Shown: positions 12,346 through 23,653, numbered from the stretch's first letter. The stretch is DNA of 64,000 nucleotides from an uncultured Nitrososphaerales archaeon (GCA_963695855.1 CAVOHZ010000006.1:164229-228228); one strand, 5' to 3'. Made by a program: numbers and translations. Notes: generated by a model not told the origin, from the letters alone.

Positions 12346-13081
12346 TATGAGAAGAATTCCATCTGATATAAAAATAGAAATTATCAGGAAATATTTAGAG
12401 GGACATTCAATACCTGAAATTAGCAATTTATATAACGTCTCTGTTGCAAGCGTATCGGCAATTATAACAGAAGAAACAAAGAAAGAACTATTTTTTGCTG
12501 CTTTTAGAGAAATATCAAAAATAATACGTAAAAAAAATTTAAATATCTATGATTTAATTCCTGCCATTCATTTAATTTCTAAGATAGAAGAATTAGGCTT
12601 AACAAGTGAATTTTTTGATAAATACTTAGATTTAGCAGATTCGAAAAGCTTTAGATTGAATATGAACCTCGAGGAATTTTTAAATAAAATAATAGATATA
12701 ATAAACTTTGAAAAATCTAATCAAATACAGATCCACGACATTCCATCATTTAGTCAGAATGAGAAAAATCTATTAGATAAAGTACATAGAGAAAAAGAAA
12801 TGATTGAGAAGGAAGTTAATAATTTATGTGGTAACATTGGCGTCATGAAGTCTCAAATACTAGAATATATTAAACTAAAACCCCTATTTTTGAGGTTTAA
12901 AGAAAATACCGATGCATTTTCTAAATCGGTGGGTTGGTATACTTACCCACCTTTATTTGAAAAAGCAAGTAACGAAATTGGAGTAATTATTGATCCCGAT
13001 ATTCTGATTAACAAATTACATTTCATTTATGAAAATCCTCATAAGAATGCAGAACTCATTCGAATTATTTTAAATTTATAA
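12346..13081 (+). CDS. N-terminal HTH + coiled-coil hypothetical protein
   Basis: IIRKYLEGHSIPEISNLYNVSVASVSAII HTH; likely start MRRIP. Confidence 0.7.
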
Positions 13082-13289
13082 TAAATATCATGTGACTAAG
13101 ATAATGACAAAAAATACAATATTTAAGATGTCTCATATGATAGTTATCTGAAAATTGACGAACTCATGAAAAAGCCAACATGAGTCATAGGTTAACACTA
13201 TTATTAAATGCCTCGACTCACAATATCGGGTCAGCTCTCATGTCTAGCAAAGATTGACTTAGCAACTTATGTAATGGTTGCTCTCGGTA

Positions 13290-13324
13290 GCTGGTGGTTG
13301 TGGGTTCAAATCCCACTGGCCCCA
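13290..13324 (+). other. tRNA 3'-half fragment (tRNA-Pro-like), probable att remnant
   Basis: GCTGGTGGTTGTGGGTTCAAATCCCACTGGCCCCA has a T-arm (GTGGG/CCCAC) and acceptor 3' strand; no matching 5' half upstream. Confidence 0.75.
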
Positions 13325-13326
13325 TT

Positions 13327-13746
13327 ACAAACGTAAATGTCTCTACTGGAAGTAAAATTATATCTACTGCAGGGATGCTCTCATGTATGATATGGCGCGG
13401 AACTCCTTAATCAAACGTGCTTTTGGGGACGAATCTGTTACTGATATAACAGATTTGCCCGTCTACAGCATAGCAAGTCCTAAGACAGATTCTCTCAAAA
13501 TTTTGAATATATTGCTGAGAAATAATGGCAACATAAAGAAAAAGAAACTGATTGAGAGACTTGAAGGAGAACGGCTAATTGATCATAATCTATCCCTAGC
13601 TGCCAAACACAGGAGACTAAAGGCGCTTCTAAACCCACTTGTCAGCACAGTGGATACCCCTCTTGTTAAAGTCGATTATTTAGGTAGATAAAGTAACGTG
13701 ATCATAACTGACCAGGGAAGAAATACCTTAAGGATTTTTGGCTGAT
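13327..13746 (+). pseudogene. 5'-truncated DUF6293/HFX_2341-like (CARF-like + wHTH) regulator
   Basis: NVNVSTGSKIISTAGMLSCMIW, then a frameshift to LPVY..P and a wHTH (LKALLNPL...ITDQGR). Confidence 0.65.
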
Positions 13747-13774
13747 TTTTCACTTAATTTTATCATACTTTTGA

Positions 13775-14306
13775 CTAATCATCTTCGAACAACCATGGTT
13801 GGCAAACCTTTGGATATCTGTCGCTATCTTCAGGATCATCATATACAGCGTCTTCATATGCTGTTTTTTCTTCGTCTTTTATATCACATTTACCTGTATT
13901 ATCATTCCATACTCCATCTCCATAATGAGAACACTTGTATTTGTCTGGACTATCTTCTTGGTTATAACTAGCTTCTTCTTCATCGGTGTAATTAGCATAT
14001 AGACCTTTGTCTTGTAGCTCATGTTCAAAGGCAGATGTCTTCTCCCTATCGTTATCATTTTCAAATTTACATTCTCCGCCCGTACTCCATACCATCATGT
14101 TCTTTACAAATCTCTTTTCTATCTTCATCATAGTCTATATCTATATAATGAGCATCTTCTCTTTCTTTTACTTCTTCAGGCGATGTATCCCAGTAAGCAT
14201 CTAGTTTATTTTCATATCTCTCTTGAGCTTCTTTATCGTCACCAAATTTACATTCATTATGTTTCCATTGTCCACCATTATAGTCACACAATTCACCACT
14301 ATGCAA
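13775..14306 (-). pseudogene. Acidic Cys/Trp-repeat protein, frameshifted
   Basis: Two overlapping ORFs together give three C-x4-5-G-x-W-x4-6-C units. Confidence 0.6.
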
Positions 14307-14315
14307 ATGCCTATC

Positions 14316-15368
14316 TTATAAAGCCGGATCTGGTCCAACCTTTACTAGCATTTTACCAAAATTTTCTCCTTTAAAAAGAGAAATGAAAGCTTTCGGTGCA
14401 TTCTCTATACCTTCTAACACTGTCTCCTTCCACTTGATTCTTCCTTCGCCAACCCATTCGCTCATAGAGGCATAAAACTCGTTTAGCATATCATAATGAT
14501 CCCCTACAATAAAGCCTTGAAGTTTGAGTCGATTCGTTATGGCCAAGAAGAGATTAGATGGACCAGACATTGGAGAATTGGCGTTATATTGTGATATCAT
14601 ACCACAAAGTACGATTCTGCCAAATGTTTTCATGTTATCTAGGGCCGCTTCTAAGTGTTTTCCACCCACGTTATCAAAGTAGATATCAATTTTATCAGGA
14701 CAGACCTTTAGGAGTTCAGAAGAGATATCTTCCACCTTTTTGTAATTAAATGCATAATCTATTCCTGCTTGGTCAACTAGCCACTCTACTTTCTCATCTG
14801 ATCCAGCGCTTCCTATAACATGACAACCCTTGGTCTTTGCGATTTGACATACAACAGACCCTACTGCTCCTGATGCTGCTGAAACAAATACTGTGTCATT
14901 ATCCTTGAGCTCACCAATCTTTAAAAGCCCGACATAGGCCGTAAGACCTGTCATACCGAATGTTCCAAGAAATGCTTGAATTGGAGCTATCTTTTGATCG
15001 ACCTTAATGACGTCTGAACCATTTGACAACCAATACTCACGCCAACCGAGAAATCCTAGGACATAATCACCTACAACAAACTGATTGTTTTTTGATACTA
15101 TAACCTGACCTATGCATGCTCCTTCCAAAGGCTGACCTAATTCGAAAGCAGGTATAAAGCTATTAGCTCTTCCAGCTACTTCTTCATTCCTCATGCGGCC
15201 CCGCATGTATGGGTCTACGGACATCCAGATGTTTCGTACCAAGAATTCTCCCTCTTTTCTTGGCTCGGGAATCTCTACTTGGACAAGTTTGAAATTGTTA
15301 TCTGTAGGCAAGCCTACTGGATAATCGCTTAGACAAATCTCTCGACTTGTCCTCCTTGTTGCAACCAT
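14316..15368 (-). CDS. NADP-dependent oxidoreductase (PTGR/CurA/YncB-like MDR)
   Basis: SVDPYMRGRM, GMTGLTAYVGL, SAASGAVGS, YFDNVGG, CGMISQYN, GENFGK. Confidence 0.95.
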   Translation of the reverse strand: MVATRRTSREICLSDYPVGLPTDNNFKLVQVEIPEPRKEGEFLVRNIWMSVDPYMRGRMRNEEVAGRANSFIPAFELGQPLEGACIGQVIVSKNNQFVVGDYVLGFLGWREYWLSNGSDVIKVDQKIAPIQAFLGTFGMTGLTAYVGLLKIGELKDNDTVFVSAASGAVGSVVCQIAKTKGCHVIGSAGSDEKVEWLVDQAGIDYAFNYKKVEDISSELLKVCPDKIDIYFDNVGGKHLEAALDNMKTFGRIVLCGMISQYNANSPMSGPSNLFLAITNRLKLQGFIVGDHYDMLNEFYASMSEWVGEGRIKWKETVLEGIENAPKAFISLFKGENFGKMLVKVGPDPAL

Positions 15369-15497
15369 ATATAACCTTGTAGAAATGAAGTTAAATGAAT
15401 TTCTTTATGTCTAGACTTTATGATAAAGATATATGTGGTTGATTGGTTCTATGCTAAACGCTTTACGACATAACTGGACTAAAAGAATATCCAAATT

Positions 15498-16754
15498 TTA
15501 TCCTTTACTTTTACATTGGAAACGTAAAGGCAGATGTGATAATCCAAGTAAAAAAGAACTTTTCAGTGGAATAACTATTGTATGTAGATCTTGTCTATCG
15601 CTATAATCAAATTTAAATTGAAAATTCTCAAATCTTTCAAGCATTACTTTTAGTGCTATTTGTGTTTCAAGTCTAGCTAAAGGAGCTCCCAAACAAAAAT
15701 GAATTCCATTTCCAAAACCCAAATGACGTAAGTTTTTACGAGTAATATCAAATCGTGCAGGATCCGTAAATACCGTCTCATCGTGATTGGCAGATCCCAG
15801 AAATAATGCAATCTTTTGACCTTTCTTTATCTCTTGTGTATGTTGTCTTTCTCCATCTCCTCCTTCAGATAAAGTTACGTCAGTATTTGCTACACGAGTT
15901 ACGAATTGTGCCGGCGACCTATAGCGTAGAGACTCCTCTATGGCGGATTTAATTAAGGAATTTTGGTTTTCTTGTAATCGTTTAAACTCTTCAGGATTTT
16001 CAAGTAATGAGAATACCAAGTTTCCTATCAGATTAACTGTAGTAATATGTCCTGCATTCAAAAGAAGACTACAAAAGCTAAGTATTTCTGTTTCAGATAA
16101 AGATTGCTCGTCCACTTTATCTCTGATGATATGACTAATAAGATCATTGGTTGGTATTTTCTTTTTTTTCTCTATTAATTTACTAAAATAAGTGTCCATA
16201 TCAGCTACTGTTTCGTCTGCCTTTCTAATGGAATCAATACCACTATTACCAGTAGTAACCTCAAGGCTCGCTATATTATCTGCCCATTGACGAAAAGTAT
16301 CCTGGTCTTCAGACGGTACCCCCAATAGTTCTGCAATTACCGTTGCAGGTAATGGGTAGGCAAAATCTGTTATTAAATCCATTGTAGTATTACCTTTTTC
16401 AACAATGTTTTCGACCAACCCATTTGCAATATCTTCAATACGTGGCCCTAACTTGGATATTTCTATGGGAACAAATAATATATCAACAATACTACGAAGT
16501 TTCCTATGATATGGAAGATCGGAATTTAAAAGGCTCGGCCGATTAAGATTTTTTTGAAATTCCTGAGGTACTAGAAATGGCCCAAATTTAGACGAAAATT
16601 TTAGGGGATCTCTTAATATTTTTTCAATATCACTATAACGATATAATCCCCATTGTTCATTTCTGTCGTCATATACAACAGGGTTATTTTTTCTCATCGA
16701 TGAATAGAATTTAAAAGGTGAAAATCTTTGATCTATCGGAGGATATATATCCAT
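15498..16754 (-). CDS. Cytochrome P450
   Basis: AGHITT I-helix, EESLR (ExxR), SANHDE, heme motif FGNGIHFCLG. Confidence 0.96.
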   Translation of the reverse strand: MDIYPPIDQRFSPFKFYSSMRKNNPVVYDDRNEQWGLYRYSDIEKILRDPLKFSSKFGPFLVPQEFQKNLNRPSLLNSDLPYHRKLRSIVDILFVPIEISKLGPRIEDIANGLVENIVEKGNTTMDLITDFAYPLPATVIAELLGVPSEDQDTFRQWADNIASLEVTTGNSGIDSIRKADETVADMDTYFSKLIEKKKKIPTNDLISHIIRDKVDEQSLSETEILSFCSLLLNAGHITTVNLIGNLVFSLLENPEEFKRLQENQNSLIKSAIEESLRYRSPAQFVTRVANTDVTLSEGGDGERQHTQEIKKGQKIALFLGSANHDETVFTDPARFDITRKNLRHLGFGNGIHFCLGAPLARLETQIALKVMLERFENFQFKFDYSDRQDLHTIVIPLKSSFLLGLSHLPLRFQCKSKG

Positions 16755-16986
16755 ATTTTATAGGTGCAAACAAGAAATTTAAGCGTACAGTTGCTAATCC
16801 AGAACATATTTGTTAATTGCCGGGATAGAGTAAGCGATGCCAGAATGATTTGCTAACAGTTTTTTTGTTAAATTGTTCTTTTTTAATTTTTTCGCAATAC
16901 TGTTTATTTATTTATAATATTCTTACGTCCTTCATTCTTTCCACTACTAATATTACCTATAATGCATGTTGTAAACATGTACATTT

Positions 16987-17170
16987 ATGAAAGCATTAGT
17001 TTATCATAGTGCAAAAAATATAAGAATACATGATAAACCCAACCAAAAATAAAAGATAAAGAAGATATTACTTTGCGTGTTAGATCCACTGCTCTTTGTG
17101 GGTCCGACTTGTACCTTTATCTTGGAACGGTACGAGGTATGGAACCAGGACAAACATGAGGACATGATTT
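16987..17170 (+). pseudogene. N-terminal relic of a Zn-dependent (formaldehyde-type) dehydrogenase
   Basis: MKALVYH...LRVRSTALCGSDLYLY...GQT*GHD. Confidence 0.75.
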
Positions 17171-17234
17171 ACTAATAAATTATTCTAGAAAAGGAACTTA
17201 TTATTCTAACATTGTCTCATGGATTCCACAAAAA

Positions 17235-18257
17235 TTAGGTTTTAACCGCCTGTACTTCAAAGGTCGCAGAGGAATCTTTGCCATTTTTTATAATCTGATT
17301 AGTAAGTTCTTTTAGTTTAAAATTTGGAATCACTATGTGTACAATTCTATCATTTTGATCTGAAAAATCATCAATTAAAATAAAATTATTTGGAATTTCG
17401 ATACCATTTACCTTACCGGTAAATGATGTAACTGTAGATAATGGTGTGTGAGATTTTGGTAAAATAAGTTCTTCATGTAAATTAACAACCTGACTTACAT
17501 AATCTAAATTCCATCTAAATGGCATTTCAAATGAAATCGTTGATGTCTCTTTATCGTAGGTGAAATTTGTAATTTCGTCATAAAAAGTTTTAACTTTCAA
17601 TGTCAAACTACCAAGACTAGTGCCATTATTAGTATCGTTACTAGCTTTTTCTTGTGTTATTAAATAGGTAAAGGTTTTCCCAATACTAATAAACAGATTT
17701 ACTTTTTTATCTGAATCTAATTTCAAACCTTTGCTTGATTTTTCTAGAACAACAGATATATCATACAATCCACCATCTGCAAGTAATCTACTTTTTATAA
17801 CAACAGGATTCCTTAAACTCACTTCTACTAGATCATCCTTTGATAAATTTTGTTGTACTTTATCTTTAGTCACTATTTGGTATGTATTGGAATCCTTCGA
17901 AGGAATAAGATCTGATGAAATGACTCCATCAATGGAATGAAATCGTTGATCAATTATTGTTTCATTCTTAAATTTAGCTATTATTCTATAGTTAATATCA
18001 CCTATAGTTTCATTAGTTTTTTCGTCAAAAGCTCTAATCATTAGAGTAGGCGTTTGAGTGCTTTCGTTTAAAAATGGAGGTTCAAGTTTTCCTTCAACCG
18101 CGATTTGTCTTCCGGAAATATCCAAAGGAAGAGATTTATCGCTGCTAATGCCATGCCCATATACTTTGTCGAGTGAATCAAACCAATTAGAACCAAATAG
18201 TATTGAAAGAACAGATCCAAGTAACAATGTAAAAAATATACTGTGATTAATAATCAT
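17235..18257 (-). CDS. Secreted thaumarchaeal-type protein
   Basis: Signal peptide ending VYG-HG; LADGGLY, FEMPFRW, HEELILPK, IDDFS..RIVH. Confidence 0.75.
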   Translation of the reverse strand: MIINHSIFFTLLLGSVLSILFGSNWFDSLDKVYGHGISSDKSLPLDISGRQIAVEGKLEPPFLNESTQTPTLMIRAFDEKTNETIGDINYRIIAKFKNETIIDQRFHSIDGVISSDLIPSKDSNTYQIVTKDKVQQNLSKDDLVEVSLRNPVVIKSRLLADGGLYDISVVLEKSSKGLKLDSDKKVNLFISIGKTFTYLITQEKASNDTNNGTSLGSLTLKVKTFYDEITNFTYDKETSTISFEMPFRWNLDYVSQVVNLHEELILPKSHTPLSTVTSFTGKVNGIEIPNNFILIDDFSDQNDRIVHIVIPNFKLKELTNQIIKNGKDSSATFEVQAVKT

Positions 18258-19043
18258 AGAAAAAATATATTTAACACCAAATATAAGACATTATTCAAGT
18301 CATCAATTTATTATTTTATCAAATAAAAACATTACACCATACAAATAGTAAAGACGAGAAGGGAGCAACAACAAAGACATATTCTGGATGCACTAAAACT
18401 AAGTGTTTTAACACAATAAAAAGTATAATTATACAAACCCCATCACATCGCATCATGATCACCCTGACTGCTACGATTACCAATAGAAGAAACATGCAAC
18501 ACATTTCTCTCTAGGGGTCAAATTACGTTTCCAAGAGGACGGTGTCAACCCTCACAATAACTATTAGAATACCCCTCAACAAAGAATTTCCAAAGGAAAT
18601 GTATTTTTGTAAATCAGAACCTTCTTTTGAAGTGCCTTCAAAAATCAATGAAGTTTAAAATGATTAAATGTTCTAAAATTGTAGATAGTCTGGTCTGTTA
18701 ACGTAGTTAACTAATCAATATATAATTAAAATTAAAAGTAATTAGTGAATGAGAATATATGATAATAATAAAACTATTGTTTTGAATAAAAATTTTTACG
18801 ATAGAAATAACTGTAAATTCCTATTCTGTAATTCATGTTATTGGTGTGCAACTAATTTAAAATCTGTATCTGATATTAACAAATGTGTTGTCTGTGGAAA
18901 AAGTAAATTATACGTTAGAAATATTTAAAGAATTAAATCATATGCCTATCAAAATTTACATGAGAAATATCCTGATACCTCTGGTGTTTTCTACAAAGTC
19001 TACACACTCTAATTGTTAAATATAATGATGAGAAAAAAATAGT

Positions 19044-19586
19044 ATGCCAATTGATGGGGAGTTTCCAAAAAATCATCGTGTAATAGGTAAGCATGCCCTC
19101 TCGGACGGAGACCATTATCATTTTGTCTGGGGTCCAGGAAGATCTGATGCAGAAACATCAACAAAATCAGACGTTCAGGCAGCATACAAAGAGAGAGGTG
19201 AAGAATACGTTCCTTTAGGTGTTCATGGTACAATGGTAGCCGTCGACTGGGATTCATGCTATGCGGACGGAGCATGTATTGAGGCATGTCCTGTACAAGT
19301 TTTCCAATGGTACAGAACAGAGAATGATGTACCTGCATCAGAGATGGTTAATGCTACAAGTGAAGGAACAGGAGAACAATCGCTAAGAGATGGACGAAAA
19401 GATTATACTGACAAGTCAGACCCAATCAGAGAACATGATTGTATATGGTGTATGGCATGTGTCTCCGTTTGTCCTCCGCAAGCAATCAAGGTGGACCAGT
19501 CAAATTTAGAATTTCACGAGAAGGCTTCAGGAACCTATAATGAAAGTCTTTCAAAATCTAGTGCGCCACCTCCACACGGACACTAA
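19044..19586 (+). CDS. Zinc-containing dicluster ferredoxin (Zfx-like)
   Basis: [26 protein letters not shown] and [12 protein letters not shown], His-rich N-terminal extension. Confidence 0.9.
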   Translation: MPIDGEFPKNHRVIGKHALSDGDHYHFVWGPGRSDAETSTKSDVQAAYKERGEEYVPLGVHGTMVAVDWDSCYADGACIEACPVQVFQWYRTENDVPASEMVNATSEGTGEQSLRDGRKDYTDKSDPIREHDCIWCMACVSVCPPQAIKVDQSNLEFHEKASGTYNESLSKSSAPPPHGH

Positions 19587-19828
19587 TAATGATAATAATC
19601 TAAATAGCTTTTTAAACTATCTAAGTTTTTAATCTAATTTAGTGGTTTACCAATGAGAGATTCTAAATTTTATAACCAGAACCAGAACCATAATAGACCT
19701 TGTTCCTGTATCGGTTACTTTAACTCTATAAAAATTACTTGAAATATGTGTCTTAAATTTGATAGCATCACTTTCTAATGAGTGTGCTTTTTATCTTGCT
19801 CTTTAGAATTAAACCACTAGTTTAACTA

Positions 19829-20330
19829 TCAAGACCTACAATAAAATAGTACATTGTTTTCAATTAATTTGTAAACCCGTAAATCTAGATTTTTACTATT
19901 TCTAGTATTTTGTGTTGTCTGAGAAAACCTGACCATACTGCTTTCCTGTACTTGATTCTGTTTCATATGAAACCTCGGCTTTTGCAAGTAATTCACTTTA
20001 AAAAAATAAAACTCAAGCTCTGGAGGACTGATTACAATTGCATGTCCACCTTTGTACCCCACAATGATTCTATGTGGGGTTCCTTTAGGAACAAAAATCA
20101 CATCTCCCGTTTTGCCCGTAGCTGATTTCCCATCTAAAATGATTTCATAATCTCTCTCAACAATGTAAAAGGTTTCTGAACCTTTGGGATGTATATTTAA
20201 CGCAGGCCCATATTAGGTGGATGAATTATATGTAGCATAGTATAGGTACCATTCGTCTCAGAACTAAGAACCTTGATAGTAAATTTCGCACTATCAAAAT
20301 CAAATGGTTTATCCTTCACAAAAAATATTC
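19829..20330 (-). pseudogene. Cupin-domain protein, disrupted
   Basis: HPKGSETFYIVE and IFVPKGTPH cupin motifs in broken frames; boundaries approximate. Confidence 0.7.
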
Positions 20331-20454
20331 TATATTTTAAGAATATATCTGTTAATTTTCTAAACAGAGAATTATTAAGCAGACAAATATTCTTCCTAAT
20401 ATAACTTGCAGGAAGATGCGCTTTTTAAATATATTTCTTATACCTTTATTAATA

Positions 20455-20880
20455 AAAATAAAAAATTTTCATGATTCTCGTATTCAGATTGAATCTTCCT
20501 GTTCTAAAATATCTAGATATTTTAATTATGAAATCTGTGAAGAATGAATAATACAGTAGGACTAGAAGATCATTTTTGGGTATATTGCATATATTTGTTC
20601 CAGTACCAACCACACACTCTGGAGAAGCATTTGGAAGATATACTGGAATCAAACTATCTTTATTGCCAGCAAAATATTCTAGTACTTTTTTTTTGATTTG
20701 TAATCTCCTTTTGCTTTATCAAGTATAGGTAACTTTTTGGAAAATTTCTGTATCTGTTTCAGATAATCCAGAAAGTATTTTCATGAGTCAAAGCAGTCAT
20801 ACTGTTTAAATAGCTATTGTTTTACTTCCAAACTTGTAGTACCAAATAGGACTGACTCTGATGAGATCAAGTGATCCTTA
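20455..20880 (-). mobile_element. IS630 transposase remnant
   Basis: IPVYLPNASPE...KNDLLVL.YYS.FTDF..KIS.YFRT, similar to the C-terminus of the 3292 element. Confidence 0.8.
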
Positions 20881-21224
20881 CAATGAGTCAGGACACAATA
20901 TAGAATTTTGATGACTGGTGACCATGTATGCAAAATAAACGTAACTTATTTCATGTGTATAACTAGATACAATTCTTTATTTTCATATACAATGATGATA
21001 TGACATCTAAGAAAAATTATTTTATTATCCCTGTTAAAAAAGGAGGTGAATTAATCTTAAATTAACACAGTTCTTACCAATATGAAAATACTTAACAGTT
21101 TCTTTTTGTTACATTCAATTTATTATGAATGAAAAAGAGGGTAATCGCTTTTCTTTTGCAAAATCTTGTTTTATTGATATGCCATTTGGTAAGAAAAAAG
21201 ATGATGGTAGTGTAATACAAATTG

Positions 21225-21591
21225 ATGGGCATTGACACGTTCGGTTAGACAGAATAATGATTCTGTCATTCTCATGCTATATAGCCTAAAGTATATTTAG
21301 TTTTTTTATGAATGATTTCAATTTAGAAACTGTTAGTTTATCGCCTCTTTATCTGTATTATTGACTATTAATAAGTTAATAAAATAATAAATACGAAAAT
21401 CTATATTATAATAAGATAAAAATCAAACTTACTTCGTATTTTTATCGATTATGGTTATTGCAATAACATTTGGAATTAGCATTTCATCGTTTTTAAATAA
21501 TACTAATCCATTAGTATATGCCGTGGATAACTACAATTATTCTACTGTAGAAAGTAATACTCGATTATTTTTAGAGAGTCTACAAAAGAAT
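21225..21591 (+). repeat. About 360-bp direct repeat, copy A (att-like motif, upstream region and esterase 5' end)
   Basis: Aligns by eye with 31318-31676. Confidence 0.9.
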
Positions 21592-22491
21592 TCCGGTCCT
21601 CCCATGTATACTTTGGCACCCAATGAAGCTCGTAATGTACTGTCTGGTCTTCAGTCTGGTCAAATACAAAAACTTGCCGCTGAAATTGAAAACAAAACTA
21701 TTCCAGGCGGCCCTAGCGGTGAAATATCTATTCAAATAGTCAGACCCCAAGGTAGCAGAAACGAAACTCTACCTGTTGTAATGTACTTCCATGGCGGTGG
21801 ATGGGTCCTGGGTGGTTTTGATACTCATGAGAGACTCTTAAGGGAACTTGCTAACGGGGCACATGCAGCCATTATATTTGTAAATTATACTCGCTCCCCC
21901 GAGGCTAAGTATCCAATACCTGTAGTAGAAGGATATTCTGCTACAAAATGGATTACAGAAAATGGTCAAACTATCAATGTAGATCCTTCACGGATAGCTG
22001 TAGCAGGTGATAGTGCAGGTGGCAACATCGCTACTGCAGTTGCACTACTAGCCAAAGAACGGGGTGGAAATCCTATCACGTTCCAATTACTCTTTTACCC
22101 AGTCACAGATGCGAATTTTGACACTCCATCATATTTGAAATATCAAGAAGGTTACTTTCTTACCCGCGAAGCAATGAAATGGTTTTGGAATAATTATCTT
22201 TCAAATGATACTGATAGAAAAGAGCCAACTGTTTGTCCACTGCAAGCATCAGTTGAGCAGCTTAGTGGATTACCGCCTACACTTATCATAGTCGGAGAGA
22301 ATGATGTACTTCGTGATGAAGGTGAGGCCTATGCTCATAAACTGATGCAGGCTGGAGTTATAACCACTGCAACCCGCTATCTTGGCACTATTCATGACTT
22401 TGTGATGCTGAATCCAATTACCGATACTCCTGCAGCGAGGGGTGCAATAGACCAAGCATCTCATACACTTAGAGAAGTATTGTCAAAGTAG
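21451..22491 (+). CDS. HSL-family (Aes-like) esterase/lipase
   Basis: HGGGW, GDSAGG, DVLRDEG, HDF; N-terminal signal-like segment. Confidence 0.95.
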   Translation: MVIAITFGISISSFLNNTNPLVYAVDNYNYSTVESNTRLFLESLQKNSGPPMYTLAPNEARNVLSGLQSGQIQKLAAEIENKTIPGGPSGEISIQIVRPQGSRNETLPVVMYFHGGGWVLGGFDTHERLLRELANGAHAAIIFVNYTRSPEAKYPIPVVEGYSATKWITENGQTINVDPSRIAVAGDSAGGNIATAVALLAKERGGNPITFQLLFYPVTDANFDTPSYLKYQEGYFLTREAMKWFWNNYLSNDTDRKEPTVCPLQASVEQLSGLPPTLIIVGENDVLRDEGEAYAHKLMQAGVITTATRYLGTIHDFVMLNPITDTPAARGAIDQASHTLREVLSK

Positions 22492-22854
22492 AAATGAAAG
22501 TGAGGGAATGACAATTTCACTACGTGGTTAAACTTTTGTTAATTACGAAAATTTCCAGTTTTTTCATGCCTTTTTAAATACCCGTTCTCTTATCCACGGC
22601 CATATTATCTTTCTAATAATTATCATATCTGTACTCATCTCCGTACGCTTGTGCTTGTGCATTCGTAACTAATTGGTATGTTTAGAAGTATTATAGGTGG
22701 TGACAATATCGCTGCCAATAAAGACTATAAAACAAGTTTATTTTATCTAATTATATATCTAGATACATATGAAAACTAAAACATCTACTTCTAATGGATT
22801 TATAATGAAAATTATAAATGGTTATTATAATATATAAATTCTAGAAACAGAGTA

Positions 22855-23169
22855 ATGCTACTGAGAATGTTTTTAATTTTTAAGAAGTTTAGTATTTTAG
22901 CCATTTTTATTGTTCTCTTCATAGGATTATGCAGTCAAAATATTCAGGGTCAAACTTCAAACGCGTCAGATGAATTCGAAAGGATTTTGAAAATGCAGCA
23001 ACAAGAATTAGACGAGCAATTAAAGCAAACAACGGAAACAACACAATCCTATAATGTGACAGATGAATTCGAAAGAGATTTGAAAATGCAGCAACAAGAA
23101 TTAGACGAGCAATTAAAGAACACATTGAAATCCTTCAATGCCACAAATCCACTTGAGGAACTCAGATAA
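22855..23169 (+). CDS. Small secreted protein with a 31-aa internal repeat
   Basis: DEFER.LKMQQQELDEQLK twice, 93-bp period (22967 and 23060). Confidence 0.75.
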   Translation: MLLRMFLIFKKFSILAIFIVLFIGLCSQNIQGQTSNASDEFERILKMQQQELDEQLKQTTETTQSYNVTDEFERDLKMQQQELDEQLKNTLKSFNATNPLEELR

Positions 23170-23285
23170 AAATAATATTATACTGAAGTTTCATTAGTAG
23201 CTTTTATATAAATTAATTTTCAGAAGATTGACATTTTCGTTTATGTTTGTGTGTTTTGTTAGCGCAAGAACAGATTGTCATTCAA

Positions 23286-23375
23286 TGGATTGGACGGGAT
23301 TTGTTCGCTCGCTTCGACAGACGACGGACTCTGTTATATGCTTGTTTATTGTCAAAGATATCTTTAGCTTTCTTG
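23286..23375 (-). repeat. Degenerate att-like element (tRNA-Ala 3' end + conserved arm)
   Basis: TGGATTGGACGGGATTTGTTCGCTCGCTTCGACAGAC resembles 61737 onward. Confidence 0.75.
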
Positions 23376-23653
23376 ATTTGAATTATTGCTGACCAAAAGT
23401 AGAAATCTTACTTTATTTTTTATATTCTTATAAAATAATTTTCAATAATCAAAAAAGGATGTAAAAAAATTTAATTATCCTTACAAGTGGATTATCAGAA
23501 CATTGCGCAACAGTTATGACATTACCCTTACTGCCATCTGAAATAATCACAAATGATTTATTTATTAACAAACTATTATGCTCTTTGTATTTGGATTCTA
23601 CTTCAGTTAAAGCTTTAATGTTACAATTTATTATTTATGAATAGATAATACGT

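Noticed and set aside
13225-13324. Complete tRNA gene
   Set aside because: No 5' acceptor strand or D-arm could be paired upstream; only the 3' half is present
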